Part shown: positions 1-9,793 of the stretch, one piece after another
Position numbering within the stretch: position 1 is the stretch's first letter
How the letters are laid out: each line of letters opens with the position of its first letter
Source of the DNA: Candidatus Poribacteria bacterium
GTDB taxonomy: Bacteria > Poribacteria > WGA-4E > PCPOR2b
NCBI GenBank assembly: GCA_965215015.1
Contig: OZ244042.1
Span: 4,512,001-4,576,000 of the forward strand
Direction of reading: 5' to 3'
Length of the DNA: 64,000 nt
Translations under genes and position numbers: made by a program
The notes under the pieces: model-generated
The model's database searches: none
What the model was told of the DNA's origin: nothing
Seen by the model: the letters and a program-made list of their open reading frames with translations, nothing else

Positions 1-176
1 TCGTGCATTCGGTAATCTCCCACCTGTGGGTGAAGGATGTCCTCAAGTGTCAGGGGTGTTCGTTCCAGAACCTCTGTTCCGTCTGGCAAAGCGCGTATCG
101 CTTCACGCCACCCGTAGGGATAAGGGTCTTTCTTATCAAGGATTTCTCCGTTGGTTGGAATGGTTACTATTTTCAT
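1..176 (-). CDS. Uma2/DUF820 family endonuclease, 5' part of a second tandem copy (runs off the window)
   Basis: 1..176 is nearly identical to 945..1120, with the same ATG and GGAG RBS. Confidence 0.85.
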   Translation of the reverse strand, partial: MKIVTIPTNGEILDKKDPYPYGWREAIRALPDGTEVLERTPLTLEDILHPQVGDYRMH

Positions 177-245
177 GGCAATCTCCTTCCCTAGTAGGTC
201 ATAATTCACAAGTCCGTTATCGAGCAACTACAGTTAGGTCTGTTT

Positions 246-296
246 GTAGTCGGGCGATTTATCGCCCACCGTGCCGTGCAATGAACTGCGCGACTA
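246..296. repeat. GTAG-led REP-like palindrome pair
   Basis: GTAGTC-GGGCGAT-TT-ATCGCCC hairpin followed by an inverted partner ending GCGCGACTA. Confidence 0.6.
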
Positions 297-340
297 AGTG
301 TTGAAATACACAAGTCCTAGACGAATTTAATTCTACTGCT

Positions 341-1120
341 TCACGATGTACGACGCCGTAGCTCAGTTTCAAGTTGGCGAATCCGCTCCTCTGCCTCAAT
401 GCGGGCCTCGGCTTCTTCGTCAGCACGAGCCGACATCCTCACATAGTCTTCTATCAGATTGCCCGTTTCATCATAACAAACGAGATTTTCGTCCTCCAAG
501 TTCAACCAAATATTGACGGGTTCAATCCAAAGCCAGCCCTCCGCATTAAGACTCAACTCCTCATAGCCCCCCGGTGTGAGTCGGTATCCCACCAACTCTC
601 GTACCATTACCCCCCGCCGCTTAAATCGATCCACGATGATGTAATTCGGTACGCCGACCCTCGCATAGTGGTCAACCTTCGTGACAACATCAACTGAGCG
701 GGTCGAAGGTGAGACAATCTCGATAATCAGGCTTGGCTTGGTTTCCTCCTCTCCCTCCGAAAAGGTACTCCAATTGATGTGCCGATGGAGGTCAAAAATC
801 ACTGAAATGTCGGGACCATGCGCTCTCAGACCGGGCAGTGCCCACGCCACGCGCACATCGTGCAAGACCACAGCATTCGGGTCATCTGCAATCCGGGCTG
901 ACAATACGTTGTAGAGGTAATTACAAAATCGTTCATGTTCTGCATCGTGCATTCGGTAATCTCCCACCTGTGGGTGAAGGATGTCCTCAAGTGTCAGGGG
1001 TGTCCGTTCCAGAACCTCTGTTCCGTCTGGCAAAGTGCGTATCGCTTCACGCCACCCGTAAGGATAAGGGTCTTTCTTATCAAGGATTTCTCCGTTGGTT
1101 GGAATGGTTACTATTTTCAT
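341..1120 (-). CDS. Uma2/DUF820 family PD-(D/E)xK endonuclease
   Basis: GPDISV...IIEIVSPST...D...K...YARVGVPNYIIVD motifs; C-terminal coiled-coil tail. Confidence 0.9.
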   Translation of the reverse strand: MKIVTIPTNGEILDKKDPYPYGWREAIRTLPDGTEVLERTPLTLEDILHPQVGDYRMHDAEHERFCNYLYNVLSARIADDPNAVVLHDVRVAWALPGLRAHGPDISVIFDLHRHINWSTFSEGEEETKPSLIIEIVSPSTRSVDVVTKVDHYARVGVPNYIIVDRFKRRGVMVRELVGYRLTPGGYEELSLNAEGWLWIEPVNIWLNLEDENLVCYDETGNLIEDYVRMSARADEEAEARIEAEERIRQLETELRRRTS

Positions 1121-1161
1121 GGCAATCTCCTTCCCCTAATAGGTAATAATTCACAAGTCCG

Positions 1162-2733
1162 TTAGTGATAATAAATCGAAACCGTCACATCCTTCAGCAC
1201 CAACGGTTCACAGCGTACCGACTGAGGTTTAACCTGTCGAATTTCCAGTTCGTTGATTCCCTGTTTCAAGGGCGGGCTGCCGATGTCAAATTCAAAGGTA
1301 TCGCCGGAAGCCGGCACCTCTTGAGTCCGAGAGGGGTATTGGTTCCAACCCGGTTCGTACTCCACGCGAGTCTTGTTGTCCGAAGCACCCACGCGAGTGT
1401 TCCAAGGAATCGGTGTTTGGTTTAGGCGTATTTCAAACATATCTTCAGCAGTTAGCCCCTCAAATCCCAGATCGAGCGTACATCTGTTCAATCCCCCATC
1501 AGAATTTGCCGATTCTAGGTCGTCAGCGATATCCAGCTGGAGCCTTACACCGCGGCCATAAAAAGTCTGATTGAACTGAACCGGGAGTTGTGCCGCAGGA
1601 ATGGCATTAAGGAACGAATAGCCGAGCTGGGAGGTCGGTTGATGCCGATTGGAGTGGTCTAACTCGTAGCACTTGTTCAACCGCCGTAGTACTATGGGGT
1701 CAGCCAGTTGATTCAAGACATTTCGCTTCCAGTCGTTGGACATGCTGTAGTAGTTGAAGAAATAGAGTCCATCTACGCGAGCCTCCCAATACCGGAGGGC
1801 GAGTGCCTTCAGCGACTTTTCAGCCAATAATGGTCTTAGCCCCTCGAAACAGCCGTAGATTTTGCAATCGGTGCCCTCAGCGATTTCAATCCATTCTCGA
1901 ATCGGCATTTCAAACGGGATAAATCCGCCGCCTGCGATGAGCATGTCCACCAAGCCTTCTCTCATCCACACCGCAGCGTCAAGTCCAATTCGTTTGGCAT
2001 CCGCCAGCGTCGGTGGCGTACGTACCGCCAGATCAAGATGTTTCCCCCTTTCTTGGCTGACTTCGTCTAGCTTTGCTCGAATACCGCATACAAAATCTGT
2101 CATTAGGTATCGGTACTGGTACGCTTCTGCAACGCGGAAGAAGGCGGGATGGCGCATAAAGTCCAGTTCGATGCCATCAATATCAAAGCGTTCAATTAGC
2201 TCGAAGATAATTCGGGTCATGTGGGCACGCACCTCTGGAAATGCGTAGTTCAACCCAGTTCGGATGCCCCATTCAAGGCTTCCATGCGGTATTGATTCTC
2301 CGGGGCGACCGATACACAGTTCCGGCTGCTCGCGGCGAAGTCGTCCGTAATTCGGAGCAGCCTCCTCCATGTCGTAATGCTCATTCATTCTGACGGACGG
2401 GAAAAACGCCATACCCGCCTCATGACATAACTGCGCGATAACTGTTACTGGACCACCGTGCGCTTTTATCATCTGACGGAGATTTTCAGATTTTCTCCGT
2501 TCGCCGGCGTCAAGGTCTTCATACCCGTCGCCGAATCGTTCTCCTACTTCGGTTTCGTAGTCGTAAACCTCGTGTCCCCCAATAGACCAGAGAAAAACAT
2601 CAACCGGTGAACCTGCGTAGGGGGCGATCATTTTATCGCGCATATCGTCTGGGGTCAATGGGGGGCCGTACGCACCCATTATCCAACCGTCATCATTGCT
2701 GAGTACCCGCCAATGCTTCTGTGATGTTGTCAT
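1162..2733 (-). CDS. Glycoside hydrolase-like protein (GHL10/DUF187-like TIM barrel)
   Basis: NDDG, SVRMN, LNYAFPEVR, FDIDGIELDFMR motifs. Confidence 0.65.
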   Translation of the reverse strand: MTTSQKHWRVLSNDDGWIMGAYGPPLTPDDMRDKMIAPYAGSPVDVFLWSIGGHEVYDYETEVGERFGDGYEDLDAGERRKSENLRQMIKAHGGPVTVIAQLCHEAGMAFFPSVRMNEHYDMEEAAPNYGRLRREQPELCIGRPGESIPHGSLEWGIRTGLNYAFPEVRAHMTRIIFELIERFDIDGIELDFMRHPAFFRVAEAYQYRYLMTDFVCGIRAKLDEVSQERGKHLDLAVRTPPTLADAKRIGLDAAVWMREGLVDMLIAGGGFIPFEMPIREWIEIAEGTDCKIYGCFEGLRPLLAEKSLKALALRYWEARVDGLYFFNYYSMSNDWKRNVLNQLADPIVLRRLNKCYELDHSNRHQPTSQLGYSFLNAIPAAQLPVQFNQTFYGRGVRLQLDIADDLESANSDGGLNRCTLDLGFEGLTAEDMFEIRLNQTPIPWNTRVGASDNKTRVEYEPGWNQYPSRTQEVPASGDTFEFDIGSPPLKQGINELEIRQVKPQSVRCEPLVLKDVTVSIYYH

Positions 2734-3109
2734 GTCAGGGTCTCCTCGAGCGGCAATTTCCGCGCTGTTTCGGGGCTTGTTTGGTGTGCAAAGATGAATC
2801 GCCCCGACGCTGAATCATTATAACACGCGCTAATTTTTCAATCCATAAAAAAATAGGAATTCAATAGGGGGATGATGAATTGGCGGCTTGCTTTGGGAAA
2901 GATTGAATATGGGAGGTTGGTTGTGATATACTCACTGTTGATGCGGAAGATTTGAAGTTATTGTAGAATTGTGAGTTAGATAAAACTGGTTCCGCCTTCC
3001 TGCTAAAGTACCATTGACCTATACCACCAATGGTTGGATGTACTCCGACAGGATTTGTTAATATGTTACCCATTACGCTTCACGTTTGTGGGAAAGTAGA
3101 AAGATTGCC

Positions 3110-5347
3110 ATGAAACCGTTTATGGAAGCCTTGCCTCCCAAAGTGAATACTAAGCTGAAACGGTTAAAACCGCCCGAGGAACAGGTGCTTTTCCAGGTTG
3201 CCACAGATCTCATCAACAATCAATTGTTCGGGGAAAGGTGGTTGGTGGTAACCGATCGGCACTTATTGTTTATACCGACCGAGGGCGTGGATGGCACTGT
3301 GGAAGTGTCACTCGCAGATGTTCAAGAAGCTAGGACAGAGGAGCTCGTTGGGGGAGGACGGTTGGCGGTAGAACGCAAGGTGGGGGGACCTGTCTATCTA
3401 CACTACTCCAGCTCATTAGCACCCAAATTTGCTGAGGTCGCCGAGGGTATTCAGCAGCTCTCCAAAGGGGAACCGATCGAATTACCAACGGAGATGGAGC
3501 GCACACGGTGTGAAAAGTGTGGACGGCTGCTCGCAGAGAAGGATGGCAGATGTATTAACTGTACGAAAAAGCGGGATACGCTCCGGCGGATTGTCAGCTA
3601 CGTTAGACCTTATCGCCTTCAACTTATGCTCGTTTTTGTGATTACGACAATTGCTGCGCTAATCGATCTATTACCCCCCCTCATCACGGAGCGTATTATT
3701 GACGATGTTCTCACGCCGAAATCAAATTTTGGACTTCTAGTTTGGCTTGTGTTGGTACTTTTGGGAATTCGTTTATTGATGTGGGTATCCCAAGTAGGTC
3801 GCGCAGCGATAAGCAGTTGGCTAGGGTTTCGGGCAGCGGAAGACATTCGCATTGAACTCTATCGTGTATTACAGTTCACACCTCTCAGATTTTACGATAA
3901 ACGAAAAATCGGGAACCTCATCTCCCGAATGACTAACGATGCCGAACTGTTAGAGGAATACCTAATCTATGACCTGCCTTTCATCCTGTCGAATATGTTA
4001 TTGTTACTTGGCATCTTGACGTTGTTATTGTATAAAAGCTGGATACTCACGATATATGTGCTCATCCCGGTACCGCCGATTGTTTTAGGCGGGGCACTCA
4101 TCTGGAATCGTATGGAGCGTTACTGGCGGCGTTGGTCTGTCAAGTGGGGCCGGTTTTCAACCCATTTGAACGAGTCAATCACCGGTATTCGATTGGTAAA
4201 AGCCTTTGCCCAAGAAAAGCGAGAGGGCATTCGTTTCAATCAGCGGAATGACGAACTGCGGCAGGTGAGCGTTAGCGCAGATCGGGCGTGGTTTGTCTTC
4301 TTTACGGTGATGAACTTTCTAATGAGTTTCGGCGTGTTCTTTGTCTGGTATTTTGGTGGCCGACAAATCCTTGGCGGAGAATTGACGCTCGGTGAATTGA
4401 CCGCGTTTATCATTTACCTTTGGATGCTCTACCGCCCCCTCAAGTGGCTTGGTGACTTCTACAACTTTATGATCCGTGCCTATGCGGGTGCGGAGCGAAT
4501 CTTTGAAGTGATGGACACACCCGTTGAACCTTTTGATGCCCCAAATGCGAAGGCGATGCCTCAAATCGAAGGACGGGTATCGTTCAAAAATGTTACATTT
4601 GGTTACGATCCGGGCAAGCCCGTTCTTAAAGGGATTAACCTTGAGGTAGTGCCCGGCGAAATGATTGGATTGGTGGGAAAATCGGGCGTCGGCAAAAGCA
4701 CGTTCATCAACCTAATCTGCCGATTCTACGATGTCAATCGAGGTCGTTTAGATGTTGATGACGAGGATATTCGGGACATCCGCCTTGAACATTTACGTTC
4801 CCAAATAGGAATGGTCCATCAGGAGCCAACGCTGTTTAATGTTACAGTTGCTGAAAACATCCGCTACGGCAAACCGGAGGCACCCTTTGACGAGGTGATG
4901 CAGGCAGCGATAGCAGCAGAAGCGCATGAATTTATCGTTGGCAAACCGGACGGTTATGACACAAAGGTCGGTGAAGGCGGTGGGAAACTCTCCGGCGGGG
5001 AAAAGCAGCGTATCGCTATCGCACGTGCTATTCTGCATGATCCTAAAATTCTCATCCTTGATGAAGCGACCTCCTCACTTGATACACAGACTGAGAAAAA
5101 GATTCAGATAGCGATTGCGCGATTGGTCAAAGGGAGGACCACCTTTGCGATTGCACATCGGCTTTCAACCCTGCGAAACGCAGACCGACTGGTTGTTATA
5201 GACGACGGTAAAATTGCAGAGGTTGGCACACATGCGGAGCTAATGGAGCGAAAGGGAATTTTCTACAACCTCGTGCATACGCAGCAGGCAACGACAGCAG
5301 TTATGGCGATTGGTGACGGAAAGGAGGATTCAGAGGAGGATGAATAG
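3110..5347 (+). CDS. ABC exporter (fused permease/ATPase) with N-terminal extension and CxxC-CxxC zinc knuckle
   Basis: Walker A GKSGVGKS, LSGGEKQR signature, ILDEATS; six TM segments; CEKC...CINC. Confidence 0.92.
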   Translation: MKPFMEALPPKVNTKLKRLKPPEEQVLFQVATDLINNQLFGERWLVVTDRHLLFIPTEGVDGTVEVSLADVQEARTEELVGGGRLAVERKVGGPVYLHYSSSLAPKFAEVAEGIQQLSKGEPIELPTEMERTRCEKCGRLLAEKDGRCINCTKKRDTLRRIVSYVRPYRLQLMLVFVITTIAALIDLLPPLITERIIDDVLTPKSNFGLLVWLVLVLLGIRLLMWVSQVGRAAISSWLGFRAAEDIRIELYRVLQFTPLRFYDKRKIGNLISRMTNDAELLEEYLIYDLPFILSNMLLLLGILTLLLYKSWILTIYVLIPVPPIVLGGALIWNRMERYWRRWSVKWGRFSTHLNESITGIRLVKAFAQEKREGIRFNQRNDELRQVSVSADRAWFVFFTVMNFLMSFGVFFVWYFGGRQILGGELTLGELTAFIIYLWMLYRPLKWLGDFYNFMIRAYAGAERIFEVMDTPVEPFDAPNAKAMPQIEGRVSFKNVTFGYDPGKPVLKGINLEVVPGEMIGLVGKSGVGKSTFINLICRFYDVNRGRLDVDDEDIRDIRLEHLRSQIGMVHQEPTLFNVTVAENIRYGKPEAPFDEVMQAAIAAEAHEFIVGKPDGYDTKVGEGGGKLSGGEKQRIAIARAILHDPKILILDEATSSLDTQTEKKIQIAIARLVKGRTTFAIAHRLSTLRNADRLVVIDDGKIAEVGTHAELMERKGIFYNLVHTQQATTAVMAIGDGKEDSEEDE

Positions 5348-5367
5348 CGTCATTATCTCAAAGCCGT

Positions 5368-5397
5368 TTGACTTTTTTACCTAGCCTCCGGTATAAT
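5368..5397 (+). promoter_or_regulatory. sigma70-like promoter
   Basis: TTGACT-N18-TATAAT upstream of the DUF1854 gene. Confidence 0.55.
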
Positions 5398-5524
5398 GTG
5401 AAACCCTACTTTCCTAACAGAGCGAATGAAATGGGGTGTCATCTCCGGCGATTGAGTGCTGGATACATTTAGATAGCAACTTAGGTTACTTTATCAAAAA
5501 TCCTTTAGGGATGGGAGTACGTCA

Positions 5525-6100
5525 ATGGAGAATGCAACGGCATCTAAAGAGGAAAAAACCGAAATGAATGGAAAAGCAAAAACGGAGCGGACAATCACCC
5601 CCATTCAGATAACCCATCCGGAGCGGGTTGATCCAGAGGCGATTCGCCTATTCCGCGCCCCACCGTGGGCATTGCGTCTAACAATTGAGGACGACCGTTC
5701 CTACATTAAGGTTCGAGTAGTCTGTGCTGCCCCCCTATCTCAACCGGACCGGTACATCTGCCTGCTCGACGAAAAGAATGAGGTAATCTGTACAATCGAA
5801 AATCCGATCGTTTTGGACGCTGCGTCTCAGCGCATTATCAAGGAGGAGCTTGAGCAACGGTACATGACCGCCATTATCAAGCGGGTTGACTCGCTTAGGA
5901 GTGAGTTTGGGGTGTCTTATTGGGAGGTTCAGACTGACCGGGGGAACCGAGAGTTTGTCGTGCGTAATGTCTCCGAGAACGCGCAGTGGATTTCAGACCG
6001 CCGGTTGCTGCTAGTCGATGTGGATGGCAACCGCTTTGAGATCTCCAATTTGGAGGTTTTTGATAAAAAGAGTCGCGGACTCATCGAAATGGTGCTTTAG
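5525..6100 (+). CDS. DUF1854 domain protein
   Basis: AAPLSQPDRYICLLD...ELEQRY...WEVQTDRG...LVDVDGNRFEI pattern; follows the ABC exporter. Confidence 0.8.
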   Translation: MENATASKEEKTEMNGKAKTERTITPIQITHPERVDPEAIRLFRAPPWALRLTIEDDRSYIKVRVVCAAPLSQPDRYICLLDEKNEVICTIENPIVLDAASQRIIKEELEQRYMTAIIKRVDSLRSEFGVSYWEVQTDRGNREFVVRNVSENAQWISDRRLLLVDVDGNRFEISNLEVFDKKSRGLIEMVL

Positions 6101-6211
6101 GGCACAATGATTATTACGGTGCCGAAAGTTCGGGCAGATTTTCGACTAGGTTCTGTTGACATTTTATCATAAGCAGATAAACGAGAAGGTGCACAGATAC
6201 ATAGGCGGTTC

Positions 6212-6478
6212 TTACCCCCCCTGCTTGGGGCTGTTAGGGATGCTTTACCTTCTTTCCCCCTGCTTGCGGGGGGGGTAGGGGGGGTTGGGTTCTTAGGGTT
6301 TAATCTCAATGAGCCAAGAAAATTGACCTCCCCCACCGAGTTGTGTCTCCGCTTACCTTCTTTCCCCCCTGCTTGGGGCTGTTAGGGATGCTTTACCTTC
6401 TTTCCCTCCTGCTTGCGGGGGGCTAGAGGGGGTAGCCTTCTTTCCCCCTTGCTTGCGGGGGGGTTAGGGGGGGTAGCC
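6212..6478. repeat. Cluster of CCCCCTGCTTGCGGGGGG(T/C)TAGGGGGG palindromic repeats
   Basis: About 5 degenerate copies; same family at ~12950, 18700, 18825, 27.5-28.6 kb, 34595 and 35900. Confidence 0.85.
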
Positions 6479-9417
6479 TCACCTATCGCATCAGCCAAAA
6501 CTTCAATCAGATGCCTCGCCTCCTTACCCGTACCCTCCTTGACCTGCTCGCGGCAAGAGATTCCCGCCACAGCCACCTCAAAATCGCCATTCTTTTCATT
6601 GATTGCTTTGAACAGTTGACGGCTACCGACCTTCATTGATACATCGTAGTGTTCGGCTTCGTAACCGAATGAGCCCGCCATGCCGCAGCATCCAGAATCA
6701 ACGACATTGACGCTATACCCCGGCGGCAAACTCAGAACCTGCTCGGAAGGTTTTAGACCGACGATGGCTTTCTGATGGCAATGTCCATGCAACAGAATCT
6801 CTTTCTGTGTATCCCCAAACTCTAATTCCAATTTCCCCTTCTCGTAGAGAGAGAGCAGGAACTCCTCAAGCATAAATGTGTGCTGTGCCACGAGGTCTGT
6901 ATCCGCATCGGGGATAAGATCGACATAATCGTCGCGCAACGCCAAGAGACAGCTGGGCTCGCAGCCAACAATCGGGATACCTTTGGCGGCGTAAGGTAGA
7001 AGCCGTTCAACGTTATAACGCGCATTCTCAATTGCGCCCTCAAGCATACCCTTAGAGATCATTGGACGCCCACAACATCTCTTTTCTGGTAGAATCACCT
7101 CGAACCCTGCGGCTTCAAGTACGGTAACGGCAGCCTTTCCGATACTGGGATAGTTGTAATTCATGAAGGTGTCGTGAAAAAGAACAACCTGCTTCGCCGT
7201 CTCGTTCCCATGGTCGGCGTGGGAATCCTGATGTTTCTGAAACCACTTCTCGAACGTTTCGCGGACAAAGTTGGGCAGCGATCTTCGTCGATCTATTCCG
7301 GCGAACCTTTCCATCGCCCACTTAGATAGGCTATTATTCATGAACCAATTCGACATCGGCGCACACGCAGAGCCAATCTTGCTGAGTTCGGCGATATTGC
7401 CGAACAACCGATTCCGCAGCGGCAAACCGTGTTCTTTGTAGTAGTGAGCGAGGAATTCGTACTTTAATTTCGCCATATCCACGTTGGATGGGCACTCCGC
7501 TTTGCACGCTTTACACTCCAGACAGAGGTCTAACACTTCGTAGAGCCGTTTACCCTTGAAGTGATCATGCGGCAACGTTCCAGAGAGCACGTTTCTCAGT
7601 GCATTTGCGCGACCACGCGTTGAATGCTCCTCTTCCAGTGTTGCCATGTAGGACGGGCACATCGTGCCGGTCAGTTTCTTGCGGCACGCGCCGACGCCGT
7701 TGCACATCTCGATGGCACCGCCGAATCCCCCCTGACTGGAGAAGTCAAAATAGGTGTCAATCTTAATTGCGTTATATGTGGGTCCAAAGCGCAAATTTTC
7801 CGTCATCGGCGGCGGGTCAATAATCTTGCCGGGGTTCATGATGCCTGTTGGGTCAAACGCAGCTTTGACTTCGCGAAATGCCTGATAAATCTGTGGGCCG
7901 AACATACTCTCAATCCATTCACTTCGCACCAATCCGTCGCCATGCTCACCACTCATCGCGCCGCCGAGTTCCATCAGTAGATCTCGGACATGCCGCGCGA
8001 TGGAGTGCATTTTTTGGATATCCTCTTCCTTTTTGAGATTAATCACGGGGCGATTATGCAGTAATCCAACGCTGGCGTGCGCGTAATAGGAAGCCGTTGT
8101 GTCATGCTCCTCGACAATCTTCCCGAAGCGGCGGATATACTCCGGCAGATTTTCAATCGAAACGGCTGCGTCCTCCACAAACCCGACCGGTTTATAATCG
8201 CTTCGTGCGCCCATGAGCAAGCCCAATCCTGCTTTCCGCGTATCCCATACCCGTTCTTTTTCCTCTCCCGTCATGCAGCGCACAAAGGCGTAGCCGAGTC
8301 CAACGGATTTCATCTTTCGTTCAAGGGTGTCAAGTTGATCGAACAGTTCGTCCTCTGATTCACCGTAGAATTCGACTGCGAGAATCGCTCCCGGGCTCCC
8401 TTGGATAAAGGTGCTGATACGGGAAAACTCCAACGACTGTTTTGTCATATCAATGATGGTTCTGTCAATGAGTTCAACGGCGGTTGGGTTGCATTCGAGG
8501 ATTGGCTGCATCGCTTCCATCGACTCGATCAGTGTATGGAAGTGAATCACGTTGAGTGCAGTCATCTTGGGGGTTGGCACGAGGTTAATCTTTGCTTCGA
8601 CCGTTGTTGCCAGCGTTCCCTCTGATCCAACGACAATTTTCGCAAGGCTAAACGGATGGTCAGCGTCGCAGCCGTCTCTGCGGTACGGTGTCAAATCGCT
8701 TGATCCTGCGTTGGTGATGAACTCATCAAGGTTGTACCCGGCAACGCGACGTAGGACTCGCGGAAATCGTCTCCGAATTTCATCTTCATTTTCCGCGGCG
8801 ATTCGGCATACCTCCCGATAGATATGGCTTTCGCGGGAATCTCCCTGTTGTTTGGCGGCAAGTTCGTTGAGCGAGATAGGTTCAACAAAAATCGCTTCCC
8901 CGTTGGATAGCCGCAGGTCCAGGGACATAGTGTGGTCAACCGTTTTCCCGTAAATCAGGGAGTGGGCCCCCGCTGAATTGTTGCCGATTGTGCCCCCGAT
9001 ATTCGCCCGACTGCTTGTCGCTACGTCGGCAGAATACATCAGGTTATGCGGTTTCAGATAGTGGTTCAATTCGTCAATGACAACCCCCGGTTGCACCCGC
9101 GCCCAGTGCTCCTCGAGGTTGACTTCAATGATCTCGTTCATATACTTGGACATGTCAATGACAATTGCTTGCCCCACCGTTTGTCCCGCCAAACTGGTGC
9201 CGCCGCCGCGCGGCAAAATCGGCAGGTTACGGTCATAAGCGATCTGGATGGACCTAGTCACGTCCTCCTTGTGTCGTGGAATAACGACGCCGATAGGCTC
9301 CATCTGGTACAGACTCGCATCGGTACTATATAAGACTTTGGAATACGGATCGAAGCGCACCTCACCTTCAATCTCTTTTCTTAGTACCTGTTCCAGTTCA
9401 TTGTGGAAATTATTCAT
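6382..9417 (-). CDS. FAD-linked oxidoreductase/Fe-S fusion (GlcD-GlcF/YdiJ-like 2-hydroxyacid dehydrogenase)
   Basis: PRGGGTSLAGQ, SGEHGDG, CNGVGAC, CLECKAC..C and CCG-domain motifs. Confidence 0.9.
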   Translation of the reverse strand: MNNFHNELEQVLRKEIEGEVRFDPYSKVLYSTDASLYQMEPIGVVIPRHKEDVTRSIQIAYDRNLPILPRGGGTSLAGQTVGQAIVIDMSKYMNEIIEVNLEEHWARVQPGVVIDELNHYLKPHNLMYSADVATSSRANIGGTIGNNSAGAHSLIYGKTVDHTMSLDLRLSNGEAIFVEPISLNELAAKQQGDSRESHIYREVCRIAAENEDEIRRRFPRVLRRVAGYNLDEFITNAGSSDLTPYRRDGCDADHPFSLAKIVVGSEGTLATTVEAKINLVPTPKMTALNVIHFHTLIESMEAMQPILECNPTAVELIDRTIIDMTKQSLEFSRISTFIQGSPGAILAVEFYGESEDELFDQLDTLERKMKSVGLGYAFVRCMTGEEKERVWDTRKAGLGLLMGARSDYKPVGFVEDAAVSIENLPEYIRRFGKIVEEHDTTASYYAHASVGLLHNRPVINLKKEEDIQKMHSIARHVRDLLMELGGAMSGEHGDGLVRSEWIESMFGPQIYQAFREVKAAFDPTGIMNPGKIIDPPPMTENLRFGPTYNAIKIDTYFDFSSQGGFGGAIEMCNGVGACRKKLTGTMCPSYMATLEEEHSTRGRANALRNVLSGTLPHDHFKGKRLYEVLDLCLECKACKAECPSNVDMAKLKYEFLAHYYKEHGLPLRNRLFGNIAELSKIGSACAPMSNWFMNNSLSKWAMERFAGIDRRRSLPNFVRETFEKWFQKHQDSHADHGNETAKQVVLFHDTFMNYNYPSIGKAAVTVLEAAGFEVILPEKRCCGRPMISKGMLEGAIENARYNVERLLPYAAKGIPIVGCEPSCLLALRDDYVDLIPDADTDLVAQHTFMLEEFLLSLYEKGKLELEFGDTQKEILLHGHCHQKAIVGLKPSEQVLSLPPGYSVNVVDSGCCGMAGSFGYEAEHYDVSMKVGSRQLFKAINEKNGDFEVAVAGISCREQVKEGTGKEARHLIEVLADAIGEATPPNPPASKGERRLPPLAPRKQEGKKVKHP

Positions 9418-9659
9418 ATCTGTTGGGACTCACTTTCTATTAGAACACTATGTTGTCGAATCACTGGATTAACCTGACATCGTAACACAGTTAAGATGAA
9501 AAGTCTATCAAAATTTGTTGCATACGCTGTTCATCCGTTTCATAAGGGAAAATTACTATGACTTGAGCTGAATTTGTCTATCTTCTACTTTCAAGTTTTA
9601 ATCGTTAACCGGAGCATTTAGGCAAGCAGGGATCGATTATAATTCTCCTAATTCTCGTA

Positions 9660-9688
9660 TTGACACAATTCTAGCCGCGTGCTAATAT
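9660..9688 (+). promoter_or_regulatory. sigma70 promoter with extended -10
   Basis: TTGACA-N17-TAATAT with TGn. Confidence 0.6.
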
Positions 9689-9793
9689 CTTTGGATTGAT
9701 GCGGTTAATCTGCTGAAGCCAATGATATCCACAGACCAAAATACCCAATACCATAGCGCGTCGGAGCTGCTCAATTTTGGTAAAAAGGTTAGC

